Part shown: positions 51,283 through 60,760 of the stretch, one piece after another
Layout of the letters: each line of letters begins with the position of its first letter
Numbering within the stretch: the stretch's first letter is position 1
Source: an uncultured bacterium
GTDB lineage: Bacteria; Sysuimicrobiota; Sysuimicrobiia; Sysuimicrobiales; Sysuimicrobiaceae
NCBI GenBank assembly: GCA_938028835.1
Contig: CALIMJ010000006.1
Location: forward strand, 4,759-68,758
Direction: 5' to 3'
DNA length: 64,000 nt
Notes under the pieces: generated by a model
The model's input: only the letters and a program-made list of their open reading frames with translations
Told to the model about the DNA's origin: nothing
Database searches by the model: none
Made by a program: the position numbers and the translations under genes

Positions 51283-53006
51283 CCCCCGCGCTTCTGCCGG
51301 AGGCGGGCCAGCAGCTTCTTCAGGGGCAGGGTGTTCACCACGTCCTGGGGCTCCAGCCAGCCCCGGCGGGCAGTACCCACCCCGAACTCCATGAAACGCA
51401 GCTCCGCCGGGCTGTGGGCGTCGGTCCCGATGGCCACCTGCACCCCGTGCTCCTTTGCCAGCCGCACGTGCGCGTCCTTCAGATCCAGCCGGTCGGGCTG
51501 CGCGTTCAGTTCCAGGATTGTGCCCGTCTCCCGGGCGCCTGCCACCAGCCGCTCCACGTCCACGGAGTAGGGATCGCGCTGGCCCAGCAGTCGGCCCGTG
51601 GGGTGGCCGATCAGGGTGACGTAGCGGTTCTGCATGGCCCGCAGGATCCGGTCGGTCATCGCCTGGGTGTCCATGCGGAACCGGCTGTGCACCGAAGCGA
51701 TGACCACGTCCAGCTCCCGCAGGACCTCGTCGGGGTAGTCCAGGCTGCCGTCCGCGAGGATGTCCACCTCCGACCCGATGAGCACCGTGATCCCGTCCAG
51801 GCGCTCAGAGAGCCGGCGGACCTGCCGGATGTGGTCCCGCAGGTCGTCGATGCTGACCCCGCCCGCGAACTTCAGGGATTGCGAGTGGTCCGTGATGCAG
51901 ATGTACTCGTACCCCAGCTGGCGGGCCGCGTGCGCCATCTCCTCCGCGGTGGCCTGACCGTCGCTCCACTTGGTGTGCATGTGCAGGTCCCCGCGGATGT
52001 CCTCCCGGGTGACCAGGCGCGGCAGCCTGCCCCGCTCCGCGGCCTCGATCTCGCCCTGGTCCTCCCGCAGCTCCGGCGGGATCCACGGCAGCTTCACCGC
52101 GGCGTAGACCTCCTCCTCCGTGCGGCCCGCCACCCGGCGGTCGTCCTCGGTGCGGAAGACCCCGTACTCGTTCACCTTCAGCCCCATGCGGACCGCCCGT
52201 TCCCGCAGCTTCACGTTGTGGTCCTTGGAACCCGTGAAGTACTGCAGCGCGGCCCCGAAGCTGCTCCGCTCCACCACCCGCAGGTCCGCCTGCATCCCGT
52301 TGCGCAGCACCACGCTGCTGCGGGTGGTGCCGCGGGAGAGGACCTGAGCTACCAGGGGGTGCGTGGTGAACACCTCCATGGCGTGCTCCGGTCGGCTGGC
52401 GGTGGCCAGCACGTCGATGTCCCCGATGGTGTCCCGCATCCGGCGCAGGCTGCCCGCCACGCTTACCTCGCCCACCCCGCGCGCCTCCCGCAGAGCCGCC
52501 ACAAGCTCCTGCGCCACCGGCAGGACCGCGCCCAGCGGCAGCCGGGTGGACTGACGCCGCACCTGCTCGATCCCGCGGAGGATGTTCTCCTCGGTCTTCC
52601 TGCCCATGCGGGGCAGGCCCCGGAGACGGCCCTCCCGCGCCGCCCGCTCCAGCTCGTCCAGGGTGGTGATCCCCAGGTGTTCGTACAGCAGCAGGGCGGT
52701 CTTGGGTCCCAGCCCGGGTACCCGCATCAGGGTGGTGATCCCGTGGGGCAGCTCCCGCACGAGCTCCTGGTGGTAGGCGATCTTGCCCGTGCGCAGGTAC
52801 TCGGAGATCTTCTCCGCGAGACTCCTGCCCACTCCCGGGATCTGGTCCAGCTCCCCGCGGTCGGCGACCGCCTCCACGTCCTCCGCCAGGTTCTCCAGGG
52901 ACCGCGCCGCCCGGCGGTAGGCGTTGACCCGGAAGGTGGACTCCCCCTTGATCTCCAGGAGGTCCGCGATCTCGTTGAAGAGGGCGGCGATCTCCAGGTT
53001 CTTCAT
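51279..53006 (-). CDS. polX: DNA polymerase X with PHP domain
   Basis: AGSLRR...GDIDVL, YFTGSKDHN, DLHMHT, TDHS, GHPTGR, GTDAH. Confidence 0.93.
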   Translation of the reverse strand: MKNLEIAALFNEIADLLEIKGESTFRVNAYRRAARSLENLAEDVEAVADRGELDQIPGVGRSLAEKISEYLRTGKIAYHQELVRELPHGITTLMRVPGLGPKTALLLYEHLGITTLDELERAAREGRLRGLPRMGRKTEENILRGIEQVRRQSTRLPLGAVLPVAQELVAALREARGVGEVSVAGSLRRMRDTIGDIDVLATASRPEHAMEVFTTHPLVAQVLSRGTTRSSVVLRNGMQADLRVVERSSFGAALQYFTGSKDHNVKLRERAVRMGLKVNEYGVFRTEDDRRVAGRTEEEVYAAVKLPWIPPELREDQGEIEAAERGRLPRLVTREDIRGDLHMHTKWSDGQATAEEMAHAARQLGYEYICITDHSQSLKFAGGVSIDDLRDHIRQVRRLSERLDGITVLIGSEVDILADGSLDYPDEVLRELDVVIASVHSRFRMDTQAMTDRILRAMQNRYVTLIGHPTGRLLGQRDPYSVDVERLVAGARETGTILELNAQPDRLDLKDAHVRLAKEHGVQVAIGTDAHSPAELRFMEFGVGTARRGWLEPQDVVNTLPLKKLLARLRQKRGG

Positions 53007-53046
53007 CGCCGACGCCCGCCCCACCCCTCCCCGGCTGGCAAGGGCG

Positions 53047-53565
53047 CTAGAACTTCTCCCCCCCGGGGCCCAGGGCCGGCAGGCGGACCGGGAGAAGGGG
53101 AGCCAGGGCGCGGTGCAGCGCCACCTGCCAGCCCGCCAGGTACGGCCCCGCGACCGAACGCTCCACGTCCCGCTGGACGGCGGGCGCGAAGGGGGCCGCC
53201 AGCAGGAACGTCACCAGCACGATCCCCAGCAGCACCCCCTTGACCACGCCGCTCAGCCCGCCCAGCACGATGGCCCCGCCCGTGGCCGCCCTGCGGCCCG
53301 CGATCCACGCGGTCAGGTAGTTGCCGACCACCACGAACAGCAGAAACAGCACCGCGAAGGACACGGTGGCGGCCCAGTCGGGCCAGGGGAAGCCGGTTCC
53401 GAAGAAGGTCTCTGCGGCAGGCCGGAACAGCAGCGCCGCGGCCAGGTAGCTGAGCAGCACGAACAGCGACTCCAGGAGCGTCCGCACCGGACCCCGCTGC
53501 AGGCCCAGCAGGATCGTCAGCAGCAGCACCGCGAGGAAGACCCAGTCCAGCCACGTAGGGGCCAT
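53047..53565 (-). CDS. cvpA: CvpA-family membrane protein
   Basis: WLDWVFL...GLQRG, TM helices, LGGLSGVVKG. Conserved position upstream of polX/mutS2. Confidence 0.7.
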   Translation of the reverse strand: MAPTWLDWVFLAVLLLTILLGLQRGPVRTLLESLFVLLSYLAAALLFRPAAETFFGTGFPWPDWAATVSFAVLFLLFVVVGNYLTAWIAGRRAATGGAIVLGGLSGVVKGVLLGIVLVTFLLAAPFAPAVQRDVERSVAGPYLAGWQVALHRALAPLLPVRLPALGPGGEKF

Positions 53566-53619
53566 GACCACCTCCCGTCCGCGGACTGCTTCGCGGCGGC
53601 CGGCGGGGTTCCTCCCGCG

Positions 53620-55686
53620 TCAGCGGAAGCTGGCCGCCAGCTGGTCCCGCAGGGCCCCCCGCACCCGCTCCAGCAGACGGTCCACCTCCTCAGACTGCAG
53701 CGTCCGACCGGGGTCCCGGAACCGCATCCGCACCGCGACGCTCTTCCGGCCGGGCGGGACCGGCGGCCCCGTGTAAACGTCGAAGGGCTCGCAAGCTTCC
53801 AGCAGCCCGCCTGCCACCCCGCGCACCACCCGCACCACCTCGCCCGCGGGGACCGAGCTGTCCACCACCACCGCCAGGTCGCGCTCCACCGCCGGGGTGT
53901 ACGCCAGCGGTCGGTACTGGGGGATCGCCCGTGCAGCCTCAACCAGAGGCTCAAGCTCCAGCTCCGCCACGTAGGCGCGACCCCGCAGGTCGAACCGGTC
54001 GCACACCTCAGGGTGCAGCTCCCCCAGCCAGCCCACCCGCCGCCCGTTTACCCGTAGGGCCGCGGCCCGGTACGGGTGCAGCCACGGAAACGGCTCCGCC
54101 TCGATCTCCCACCCTTGCAGGTGCAGGCCCTCCAGCAGCGCCTCCACCACCCCCTTTAGGCCGTGGAAGCTGGCCTGCACCGCCTCCTGCGGGAGGTTCC
54201 ACGTCCCCCGCAGGCTCCGGCCCATCTGCGCGATCCCCACCGCCTTCCGCTCCCTCCACCCTGCCTCGGAGGCGAAAAACACCCGGCCCACCTCGAAGAC
54301 GTGCACGTCGCCGTTACCCCGGGCGCGGTTCGTCCGCAGCACGTCTACCAGGGACAGCAGCAGCGTGGTCCGGAGGTGGGTGTGTTCCTGGGTCAGGGGG
54401 TTGCGGAGTGGAATGGCCCGGCGCAGGGGGTGGTCCGGCGGGATGCCCACCCGCTCCAGGTGGTCCGCGCGGATGAGGCTCAGGGTCAGGACCTCCGTGA
54501 GGCCTGCCCGTAGCAGCAGCTCCCGGACGCGCCGTTCGGCGTCCACCTCGGGCGCCAGGGCGCCCACACCCATCACCTCCACCGGCAGGGTCTCGGGAAC
54601 GCGGTCGTAGCCGTAGATGCGGGCCACCTCCTCGATGAGGTCTTCTTCCCGCTCCACGTCGCGCCGGTGGCTGGGCACGGTGACCACCCATCGGTCAGGC
54701 CCCCGCTCCACCTGGAACTCCAGCCGCTGCAGGATGTCCGCGGCCTCCTCGTCCGCTACGTCCACACCCAGCACCCGGCGCATGCGCGCCGGCCGCAGAG
54801 ACACCCGGCGCGGTGGCTGGGGGTCGGGACAGACGTCCAGCTCGCCCCGCAGCACGCGGCCCCCCGCCAGCTGCTGGATCAGCTGGGCCGCCCGGGCCGC
54901 GGCAAAACGCGCCCGCTCCGGGTCCCCGCCCCGCTCGTGGCGGGTGCTTCCCTCCGTGCGGATGCCCAGGGCCCGCGCGGTCCGACGAACCGCCACGGGG
55001 TGAAACCACGCGGACTCCAGCAGCACCCGGCGCGTCTCGGGACGGATCTCGGTGTCGAGCCCTCCCATGATCCCCCCCAGGGCCACCACCCGTTCGCGGT
55101 CCGCGATCACCAGGGCTCCCGGGTGGAGCCGGCGCTCCTGCCCGTCCAGGGTGACCAGGACCTCGCCCGGGCGGGCGGCCCGTACCACCACCCCGCCGCC
55201 TGCCAGCCGGTCCAGGTCGAAGGCGTGCAGAGGCTGGCCGGTCTCCAGCATCACGTAGTTGGTGACGTCCACCACGTTGTTGATGCTGCGGATCCCGCAC
55301 CGCTCCAGCCGCTCGGCCATCCACGGCGGAGACGGGCCCACCCGCACGTCCACCACCACCCGCCCCACGTAGCGGTGGCACAAGCCGGGACCCGCCACCT
55401 CCACCCACGCCACCTCCCAAGCCGGCGGGTCGGACTCCTCCAGGTGCACCTCAGGAGCCCTGAACCGCCCTCGGCACGCGGCGGCCACCTCCCGGGCCAC
55501 CCCCAACAACCCCAGCCAGTCCGGCCGGTTCGTGGTGGTCTCCAGGTCGAAGACCCAGTCGTCGCCCTCCCGTTCCACCGCTTCCACGCCCAGGCCCAGC
55601 ATCGAGAACCGTTCCTCCCACTCCGCGGGGTCCTGCGGGGTGGGCAGGTCCACCAGTTCCATCAACCAGCTCCACAAAACGCGCAC
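53620..55686 (-). CDS. pheT: Phenylalanine--tRNA ligase beta subunit (short form, no B2 domain)
   Basis: NRPD, INNVVDVTNYVMLE, EDLIEEVARIYGY, FDVYTG anticodon-binding domain. Confidence 0.93.
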   Translation of the reverse strand: MRVLWSWLMELVDLPTPQDPAEWEERFSMLGLGVEAVEREGDDWVFDLETTTNRPDWLGLLGVAREVAAACRGRFRAPEVHLEESDPPAWEVAWVEVAGPGLCHRYVGRVVVDVRVGPSPPWMAERLERCGIRSINNVVDVTNYVMLETGQPLHAFDLDRLAGGGVVVRAARPGEVLVTLDGQERRLHPGALVIADRERVVALGGIMGGLDTEIRPETRRVLLESAWFHPVAVRRTARALGIRTEGSTRHERGGDPERARFAAARAAQLIQQLAGGRVLRGELDVCPDPQPPRRVSLRPARMRRVLGVDVADEEAADILQRLEFQVERGPDRWVVTVPSHRRDVEREEDLIEEVARIYGYDRVPETLPVEVMGVGALAPEVDAERRVRELLLRAGLTEVLTLSLIRADHLERVGIPPDHPLRRAIPLRNPLTQEHTHLRTTLLLSLVDVLRTNRARGNGDVHVFEVGRVFFASEAGWRERKAVGIAQMGRSLRGTWNLPQEAVQASFHGLKGVVEALLEGLHLQGWEIEAEPFPWLHPYRAAALRVNGRRVGWLGELHPEVCDRFDLRGRAYVAELELEPLVEAARAIPQYRPLAYTPAVERDLAVVVDSSVPAGEVVRVVRGVAGGLLEACEPFDVYTGPPVPPGRKSVAVRMRFRDPGRTLQSEEVDRLLERVRGALRDQLAASFR

Positions 55687-55693
55687 GGCAGCC

Positions 55694-56677
55694 TCAGAAC
55701 TGCGCCAAGAAGCGCACGTCGTTCTCCCAGAACAGCCGGATGTCGTCAATGCCGTAGCGAACCATGGCGGGTCGGTCCACCCCACACCCGAAGGCGAAGG
55801 CGGTGTACCGCTCGGGGTCGATCCCCGCCATCTCCAGCACCCGAGGGTGGAACATCCCGCAGCCTCCGATCTCCAGCCACCGCCCCCGGAAGGACACCGC
55901 GATCTCCGCGCTGGGTTCCGTGAAGGGGAAGTAGGAGGGCTGGAAGCGCACGCGGGTCTCGGGCCCCCACAGCTGCCGGGCGAACTCTGCCAGCACTCCC
56001 TTCAGATCCGAGAACCGGATCCCTTCCCCCACCATGAAGCCGTCCACTTGGTGGAACACGGGCATGTGGGTGCTGTCCACCACGTCCCGCCGGTAGCAAC
56101 GACCCACGGTCACCACCCGGATGGGGGGCGTTCGGTGGGGCATCACGCGCACGTCCACCGCGGTGCACTGGGTCCGCAGCAGGTGCTCGTCGTCCAGGTA
56201 GAAGGAGTCCTGAGCGTCCCGGGCGGGGTGGTCGTCGGGGATGTTCAGGCGCCGGAAGTTGAACTCCTCGGTCTCCAGCTCTGGGCCCTCCACCACCTCG
56301 AAGCCCATGGACCGGAAGATGTCCCGGATCTCCTCCATCATCCGGCCCAGGACGTGCTCCCGGCCCACCAGGGGCCGGCGGCCGGGTAGGGTCACGTCCA
56401 CCGCCTCCGCCCGAAGCCGGTCGTCCCGCTCGCGGGCCCGCAGCTGGTCCGCGCGCTCCTGCAACCGCTCCTCGAGCCACTCCTTCAGCTCGTTGAGGGC
56501 CGCGCCGGCGGCCACCCGTTGCGGCGGCGACAGCTGCGGCAGGGACCGGAGGAGCTGGGTCAGCTCCCCCTTCCGGCCCAGGTACCTGCGCCGGACGGCC
56601 TCCACTTCCTCGGTGGTGGACGCCGACTCCAGCTCCCGCGCCACGCGCTGGCGCAGGGCGTTCACCCGCTCTTCCAT
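55694..56677 (-). CDS. pheS: Phenylalanine--tRNA ligase alpha subunit
   Basis: HPARDAQDSF, GRCYRRD, FHQVDG, YFPFTEPS, GCGMFHP. Confidence 0.95.
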   Translation of the reverse strand: MEERVNALRQRVARELESASTTEEVEAVRRRYLGRKGELTQLLRSLPQLSPPQRVAAGAALNELKEWLEERLQERADQLRARERDDRLRAEAVDVTLPGRRPLVGREHVLGRMMEEIRDIFRSMGFEVVEGPELETEEFNFRRLNIPDDHPARDAQDSFYLDDEHLLRTQCTAVDVRVMPHRTPPIRVVTVGRCYRRDVVDSTHMPVFHQVDGFMVGEGIRFSDLKGVLAEFARQLWGPETRVRFQPSYFPFTEPSAEIAVSFRGRWLEIGGCGMFHPRVLEMAGIDPERYTAFAFGCGVDRPAMVRYGIDDIRLFWENDVRFLAQF

Positions 56678-56696
56678 CTCCGGACCCCCACACGCG

Positions 56697-56940
56697 GGCG
56701 CGCCTCCGCCACAAGGGCGGAGGCGCGCCTCCGCGGTACCACCTTGCTTCCGGGAGCCCACGGCTCCCAGCGCTCCGACCGCTGTCCCGGGCGGACCCCG
56801 GCGGGCATTACCTGCGGCCGAACCCGCGGCCGCGCTCCTCCCGCGGCTCCGGAGCGAACCCCTGCGGCTCCCGTCGGCCGGGGACTCCCACCGGCTCCCC
56901 TCGCTGCAGGCCCGAAAGCCGCCGCGCTCTCCGTCCTCGC
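56697..56940 (-). ncRNA. T-box riboswitch (Phe)
   Basis: T-box AAGCAAGGTGGTACCGCGG (56731-56749), probable specifier TTC at 56856-56858, downstream hairpin GGCGCGCCTCCGCC...GGCGGAGGCGCGCC. Confidence 0.85.
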
Positions 56941-56941
56941 C

Positions 56942-57061
56942 TCAGTTCCAGATGAACCGGGCGTACGCGTGGGCCCGGCGCAGCCTGCGGTACACCACGT
57001 ACGCCCACGTGGCGCCGGTCCTCTGGAACACGTTCCAGAAGAACTCCGACGTCCAGAACAT
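56942..57061 (-). CDS. Small YqzL-like protein (39 aa)
   Basis: MFWTSEFFWNVFQRTGATWAYVVYRR matches the W.VF..TG...AY..Y pattern. RBS GGGGA; sits upstream of the pheS T-box. Confidence 0.6.
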   Translation of the reverse strand: MFWTSEFFWNVFQRTGATWAYVVYRRLRRAHAYARFIWN

Positions 57062-57111
57062 CGCGTCCCCGCCGAAGGCGGCGCTTTGCCCGCAGTATAC
57101 CAACCGGCCCA

Positions 57112-57918
57112 CTAGCCCGTCCACGCGCGGCGGGCCTCGTACAGCAGCACCGCGGCCGCCGCGGTGACGTTCAGGGACTCCACCCCGGCTGCCAGGGGCA
57201 CGCGGACGGTGCGGGCCTCCGGCCAGCTGTGCCGCGCGCCCGAGGCCTCGCTGCCGAACACCAGCGCCACCGGTGGGGCGTAGTCCGCGCGCCGGTAGTC
57301 CACCTCGCCCCGCGGATCCGCCACCCACACCCGTGCGGCTTGCGAGATCTCCTCCGGCGTGGCGGACGCCAAAGGCAGGGCCAGGCAGGAGCCTGCGCTA
57401 CCCCGCAAAGCGCGGGGGTGGAAGGGGTCGGTGGTGTTGGGCAGGACCACCACCGCGTCGAACCCCGCGGCGTGGGCGGTGCGGACGAGGGCACCCAGGT
57501 TGCCGGGATCCTGAAGGCCGTCCGCCACCGCCAGCCACCGCCAGCGCAGCCGCGACAGCGGTACCACCTCCGGGAGCCGCACCACCGCAGCCGCCGGCTG
57601 CGGGGTCTTCACGTCGGAGATCGCCTCCACCACCCTCGGGGACACCCACCGCACGGGAACGCGCAGCTGTTCCGCCTGCTGCGCCAGCCGGTCCACCTCC
57701 GGACCCGCCTCAGGGACCACCAGCAGCTCCTCCGCCCGCTCCAGGCGCAGCGCGGTCTCCACCAACCGCACACCGGTGACCACCGCGCGGCCCGCCCGGG
57801 CCCGCTCCCGGCGGTCCAGCAGCGCCCGGAGGGCGCGCACGTGCGGGTTGCGGGGGCTCGACCAATCCAGCCGCGGCTGCGGCGACGGCTGAGGTTCCCG
57901 GTCCGGTGCGGTCCTCAC
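57112..57918 (-). CDS. TrmH/SpoU-family RNA methyltransferase
   Basis: LQDPGNLGALVRTA, VFGSEASG, ESLNV. Confidence 0.9.
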   Translation of the reverse strand: MRTAPDREPQPSPQPRLDWSSPRNPHVRALRALLDRRERARAGRAVVTGVRLVETALRLERAEELLVVPEAGPEVDRLAQQAEQLRVPVRWVSPRVVEAISDVKTPQPAAAVVRLPEVVPLSRLRWRWLAVADGLQDPGNLGALVRTAHAAGFDAVVVLPNTTDPFHPRALRGSAGSCLALPLASATPEEISQAARVWVADPRGEVDYRRADYAPPVALVFGSEASGARHSWPEARTVRVPLAAGVESLNVTAAAAVLLYEARRAWTG

Positions 57919-57934
57919 GCTTCCGTGGAGGGTT

Positions 57935-58288
57935 TCAGGACCGGCCCGTCACCCGCCGGACGATCTCTGCGAAGGCCTCCCGGTCTCGCACCGCCAGGTC
58001 TGCCAGGATCTTGCGGTTGATGGCCACCCCGTTGGCCCGCAGCGCGTGGATCAGTCGGCTGTACGAAAGCCCATGCTGCCGGGCCGCGGCGTTGATGCGG
58101 GCGATCCACAGGCGCCGGAAGTCCCGCTTGCGCTGGCGGCGGTGGCGGTACGCGGCCGCCAGGGCGCGGATCACGTACTGGTTGGCCAGCTTGAACCACC
58201 GACTCTTCTTCCCCCAGAAGCCCTTCGCGAGCTTGAGGATCTTCTTGTGACGGGCGCGGACGGTCTTGCCGCGCTTGACCCTTGCCAT
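57935..58288 (-). CDS. rplT: 50S ribosomal protein L20
   Basis: MARVKRG...[17 protein letters not shown]...[10 protein letters not shown]. Confidence 0.97.
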   Translation of the reverse strand: MARVKRGKTVRARHKKILKLAKGFWGKKSRWFKLANQYVIRALAAAYRHRRQRKRDFRRLWIARINAAARQHGLSYSRLIHALRANGVAINRKILADLAVRDREAFAEIVRRVTGRS

Positions 58289-58316
58289 GGCGCAACCTCC
58301 TCCGGAAGCCCAGCCC

Positions 58317-58514
58317 TCAGTCGTACGGCAGCAGGCGGCGCACGCGGTCCGTGTCCACCGGGGAAACCAGGACCTGCCGGCCCAGGTCCCGTCGCCGACG
58401 CGGGCTCTTCTTCTGCTTCAGGTGACCGCCGCCCTGACGGCCCCGCAGGAGCTTCCCGGTCCCGGTGATCCGGATGCGCTTGCGCGTCCCCTGGTGCGTT
58501 TTGGCTTTCGGCAT
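58317..58514 (-). CDS. rpmI: 50S ribosomal protein L35
   Basis: MPKAKTH...[10 protein letters not shown]...LLPY. Confidence 0.95.
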   Translation of the reverse strand: MPKAKTHQGTRKRIRITGTGKLLRGRQGGGHLKQKKSPRRRRDLGRQVLVSPVDTDRVRRLLPYD

Positions 58515-58535
58515 CGGTGGCTCCCTCCTTGCGCC

Positions 58536-59048
58536 CTACCGGCGGGCCGGGCTCAACACCATGACCATGTTCCGGCCCTCCATGGCGGGCGGCCGCTCCA
58601 CGTGTGCGATCTCCGAAACGTACTCCGCAAGCCGATCCAGGATCTGACGCCCCAGCTCCGGGTGCACCATCTCCCGGCCCCGAAACCACATCTCCACCTT
58701 CACCTTGTGCCCCTCCTGCAGGAAGGAGTAGATGAGCTTCGCCTTGGTCTGGAAGTCGTGGTCGCCGATCTTGGGTGTCATGCGCATCCGCTTGACCTCG
58801 GAGGCCCGCTGCTTGCGGTGGGCCTCCCGGTCCCGCTTGCTCTGCTCGTACTTGTACCGCCCGTAGTCCATGATCTTCGCCACGGGCGGCGAAGCGGTGG
58901 GAGCCACCTCCACCAGATCCAACCCCATCTCCCGGGCCCGCCGCAGGGCTTCCTGGACGGGCACGATCCCCAGCTGCTCCCCGTTCGGTCCGATCAACCG
59001 CACCTCGCGGATGCGGATGCGCTCATTCACCCTCGGCTCGCGCTCTAT
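58536..59048 (-). CDS. infC: Translation initiation factor IF-3 (probable ATA start)
   Basis: RVNERIR..EVRLI, DLVEVAP, DYGRYKYE, FRGRE. GGAGGGG RBS precedes ATA at 59048. Confidence 0.93.
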   Translation of the reverse strand: MEREPRVNERIRIREVRLIGPNGEQLGIVPVQEALRRAREMGLDLVEVAPTASPPVAKIMDYGRYKYEQSKRDREAHRKQRASEVKRMRMTPKIGDHDFQTKAKLIYSFLQEGHKVKVEMWFRGREMVHPELGRQILDRLAEYVSEIAHVERPPAMEGRNMVMVLSPARR

Positions 59049-59084
59049 GCTATCCCCTCCTTCGGTGCCCCGGGGCACCAGGAA

Positions 59085-59182
59085 AATGAAAGCGGGCGCA
59101 GAAAGCCTCCACGCCCGCACCTGTCGACCGGTCGGACCCGGCTGGCCGAGGCCGCCGGGTGAGAAGCGTGGCGCTTCTGCTT
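59085..59182 (-). ncRNA. L20 leader (ribosomal protein leader)
   Basis: AGCAGAAGCGCCACGCTTCTCACC...AGGTGCGGGCG...CGCCCGC pattern upstream of infC-rpmI-rplT. Confidence 0.7.
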
Positions 59183-59210
59183 CGGCGGTGTCACCATAGC
59201 ACGGTGGGGG

Positions 59211-59984
59211 ATGGCCGTCAACGTGACCCTGGAGAAGCTGGGAGAGGCGACCCTGCGGCGCCTGGAGGAGGTGGGGGAGGCCAGCCGCTTCGTGGCACGG
59301 GTGGCTGCAAGCCTCGTCCGCGTGCGGTGGGAGGCCGGCCAGACGGTGCTGCAGATGGCCCGGGCGGGCGTGGACTCGGTCCCCCTGGTCCTGCTGACCG
59401 GCCTGTTCTCGGGCATGGTGCTGGCGTACCAGACCGCCAACCAGCTCCTGCGTCTGGGGGGCGAGGGCTTCGTGGGCGGCCTGATCGCGGTGTCCATGGC
59501 GCGGGAGGCGGCGCCGGTGTTCACCGCGGTCACTGTGGCGGGCCGCGTGGGCGCGGGCTTCGCCGCGGAGCTGGGGACCATGGTGGTCACCGAGCAGGTG
59601 GACGCCCTGACGGTGATGGGCACCGACCCCCTGGACTACCTGGTGGTGCCCCGTACCCTCGCGTTGGGGGTCATGCTACCGGTGCTGGTGGTCCTGGCCA
59701 ACGCGGTCGGCTCCCTGGGCGGCTACGCGGTGAGTCTGGTGGTGGGGGTTCCGGGATCGGTCTACGTGGACTCCGTGCGACAGTTCCTGGACCTGCACGA
59801 CGTGGTGGGCGGGCTGGTGAAGTCCGCGGTGTTCGGGCTGCTGATCGCGCTGGTGGCCTGCCACAAGGGGCTGCGGGCCTCCGGGGGGGCCGCGGGGGTA
59901 GGTCAGGCGACCACCGGGGCGGTGGTGGCGGCCATCGCGTGGGTGCTGGCGGCCAACTACTTCCTCGACGTGCTGCTGTTCTGA
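59211..59984 (+). CDS. mlaE: MlaE-family ABC permease
   Basis: REAAPV, AGRVGA, AELGTMVVTEQVDAL, GAAGVGQATT. Confidence 0.92.
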   Translation: MAVNVTLEKLGEATLRRLEEVGEASRFVARVAASLVRVRWEAGQTVLQMARAGVDSVPLVLLTGLFSGMVLAYQTANQLLRLGGEGFVGGLIAVSMAREAAPVFTAVTVAGRVGAGFAAELGTMVVTEQVDALTVMGTDPLDYLVVPRTLALGVMLPVLVVLANAVGSLGGYAVSLVVGVPGSVYVDSVRQFLDLHDVVGGLVKSAVFGLLIALVACHKGLRASGGAAGVGQATTGAVVAAIAWVLAANYFLDVLLF

Positions 59985-60760
59985 TGGAGCTGTCAGGCCG
60001 CGTGGACGTGGTGGACCTGCACAAGGCGCTGGGCGGCCAGCCGGTCCTGCAGGGCGTCTCCCTGCGGGTGGAGCCGGGCGAGGCCGTGGCCATCCTGGGG
60101 CCGAGCGGGTGCGGCAAGACCGTCCTGCTCCGCCACCTGGTGGGCTTGCTGGTCCCGGATCGAGGCGAAGTCCGAATGGACGGGGAAGCCCTCCACCGGC
60201 TGCCGCCCCGCCGGCTGCGGGAGGTGCGGTCGCAGGTGGGCGTGGTGTTCCAGGGTGCGGCGCTGTTCGACTCCCTCACGGTGGCGGAGAACGTGGCCTT
60301 CCCCCTGCGGCGGCACCGACGGTTGCCGGAGTCTCGCATCCAGGAGATCGTGGCGGAGAAGCTGAACCTGGTGGGCATGGGGGGCACGCAGGACAAGATG
60401 CCCGCGGAGCTCAGCGGCGGGATGCGCAAGCGGGTAGGGATCGCCCGGGCGCTGGCCCTGGACCCCAAGATCGTGCTGTACGACGAGCCGACCGCGGGTC
60501 TGGACCCCGTGACCGCCCGCGCGGTGGACCGCCTCATGATGGAGGTGCGGGCCAGGACCCGGACCACCACCGTGCTGGTGACCCATGACCTGTTGACCGC
60601 GTTCGCGGTGGCGGACCGCGTGGCGGTCATGGACGCGGGTCGCTTCGTGATGACGGGGACCCGGGAGGAGGTCCGCGCGAGTCCGCACCCCCTCGTGCAG
60701 GCGTTTTTGCGCAGCTCGGCACTCGGGGGTGTCGTGGAGGAGGCGACCCGTGAAGCCTGA
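59984..60760 (+). CDS. mlaF: MlaF/Mkl ABC ATPase
   Basis: GPSGCGKT, FQGAALFDS, ELSGGMRKRV, YDEPTAGLDP. Confidence 0.92.
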   Translation: MELSGRVDVVDLHKALGGQPVLQGVSLRVEPGEAVAILGPSGCGKTVLLRHLVGLLVPDRGEVRMDGEALHRLPPRRLREVRSQVGVVFQGAALFDSLTVAENVAFPLRRHRRLPESRIQEIVAEKLNLVGMGGTQDKMPAELSGGMRKRVGIARALALDPKIVLYDEPTAGLDPVTARAVDRLMMEVRARTRTTTVLVTHDLLTAFAVADRVAVMDAGRFVMTGTREEVRASPHPLVQAFLRSSALGGVVEEATREA

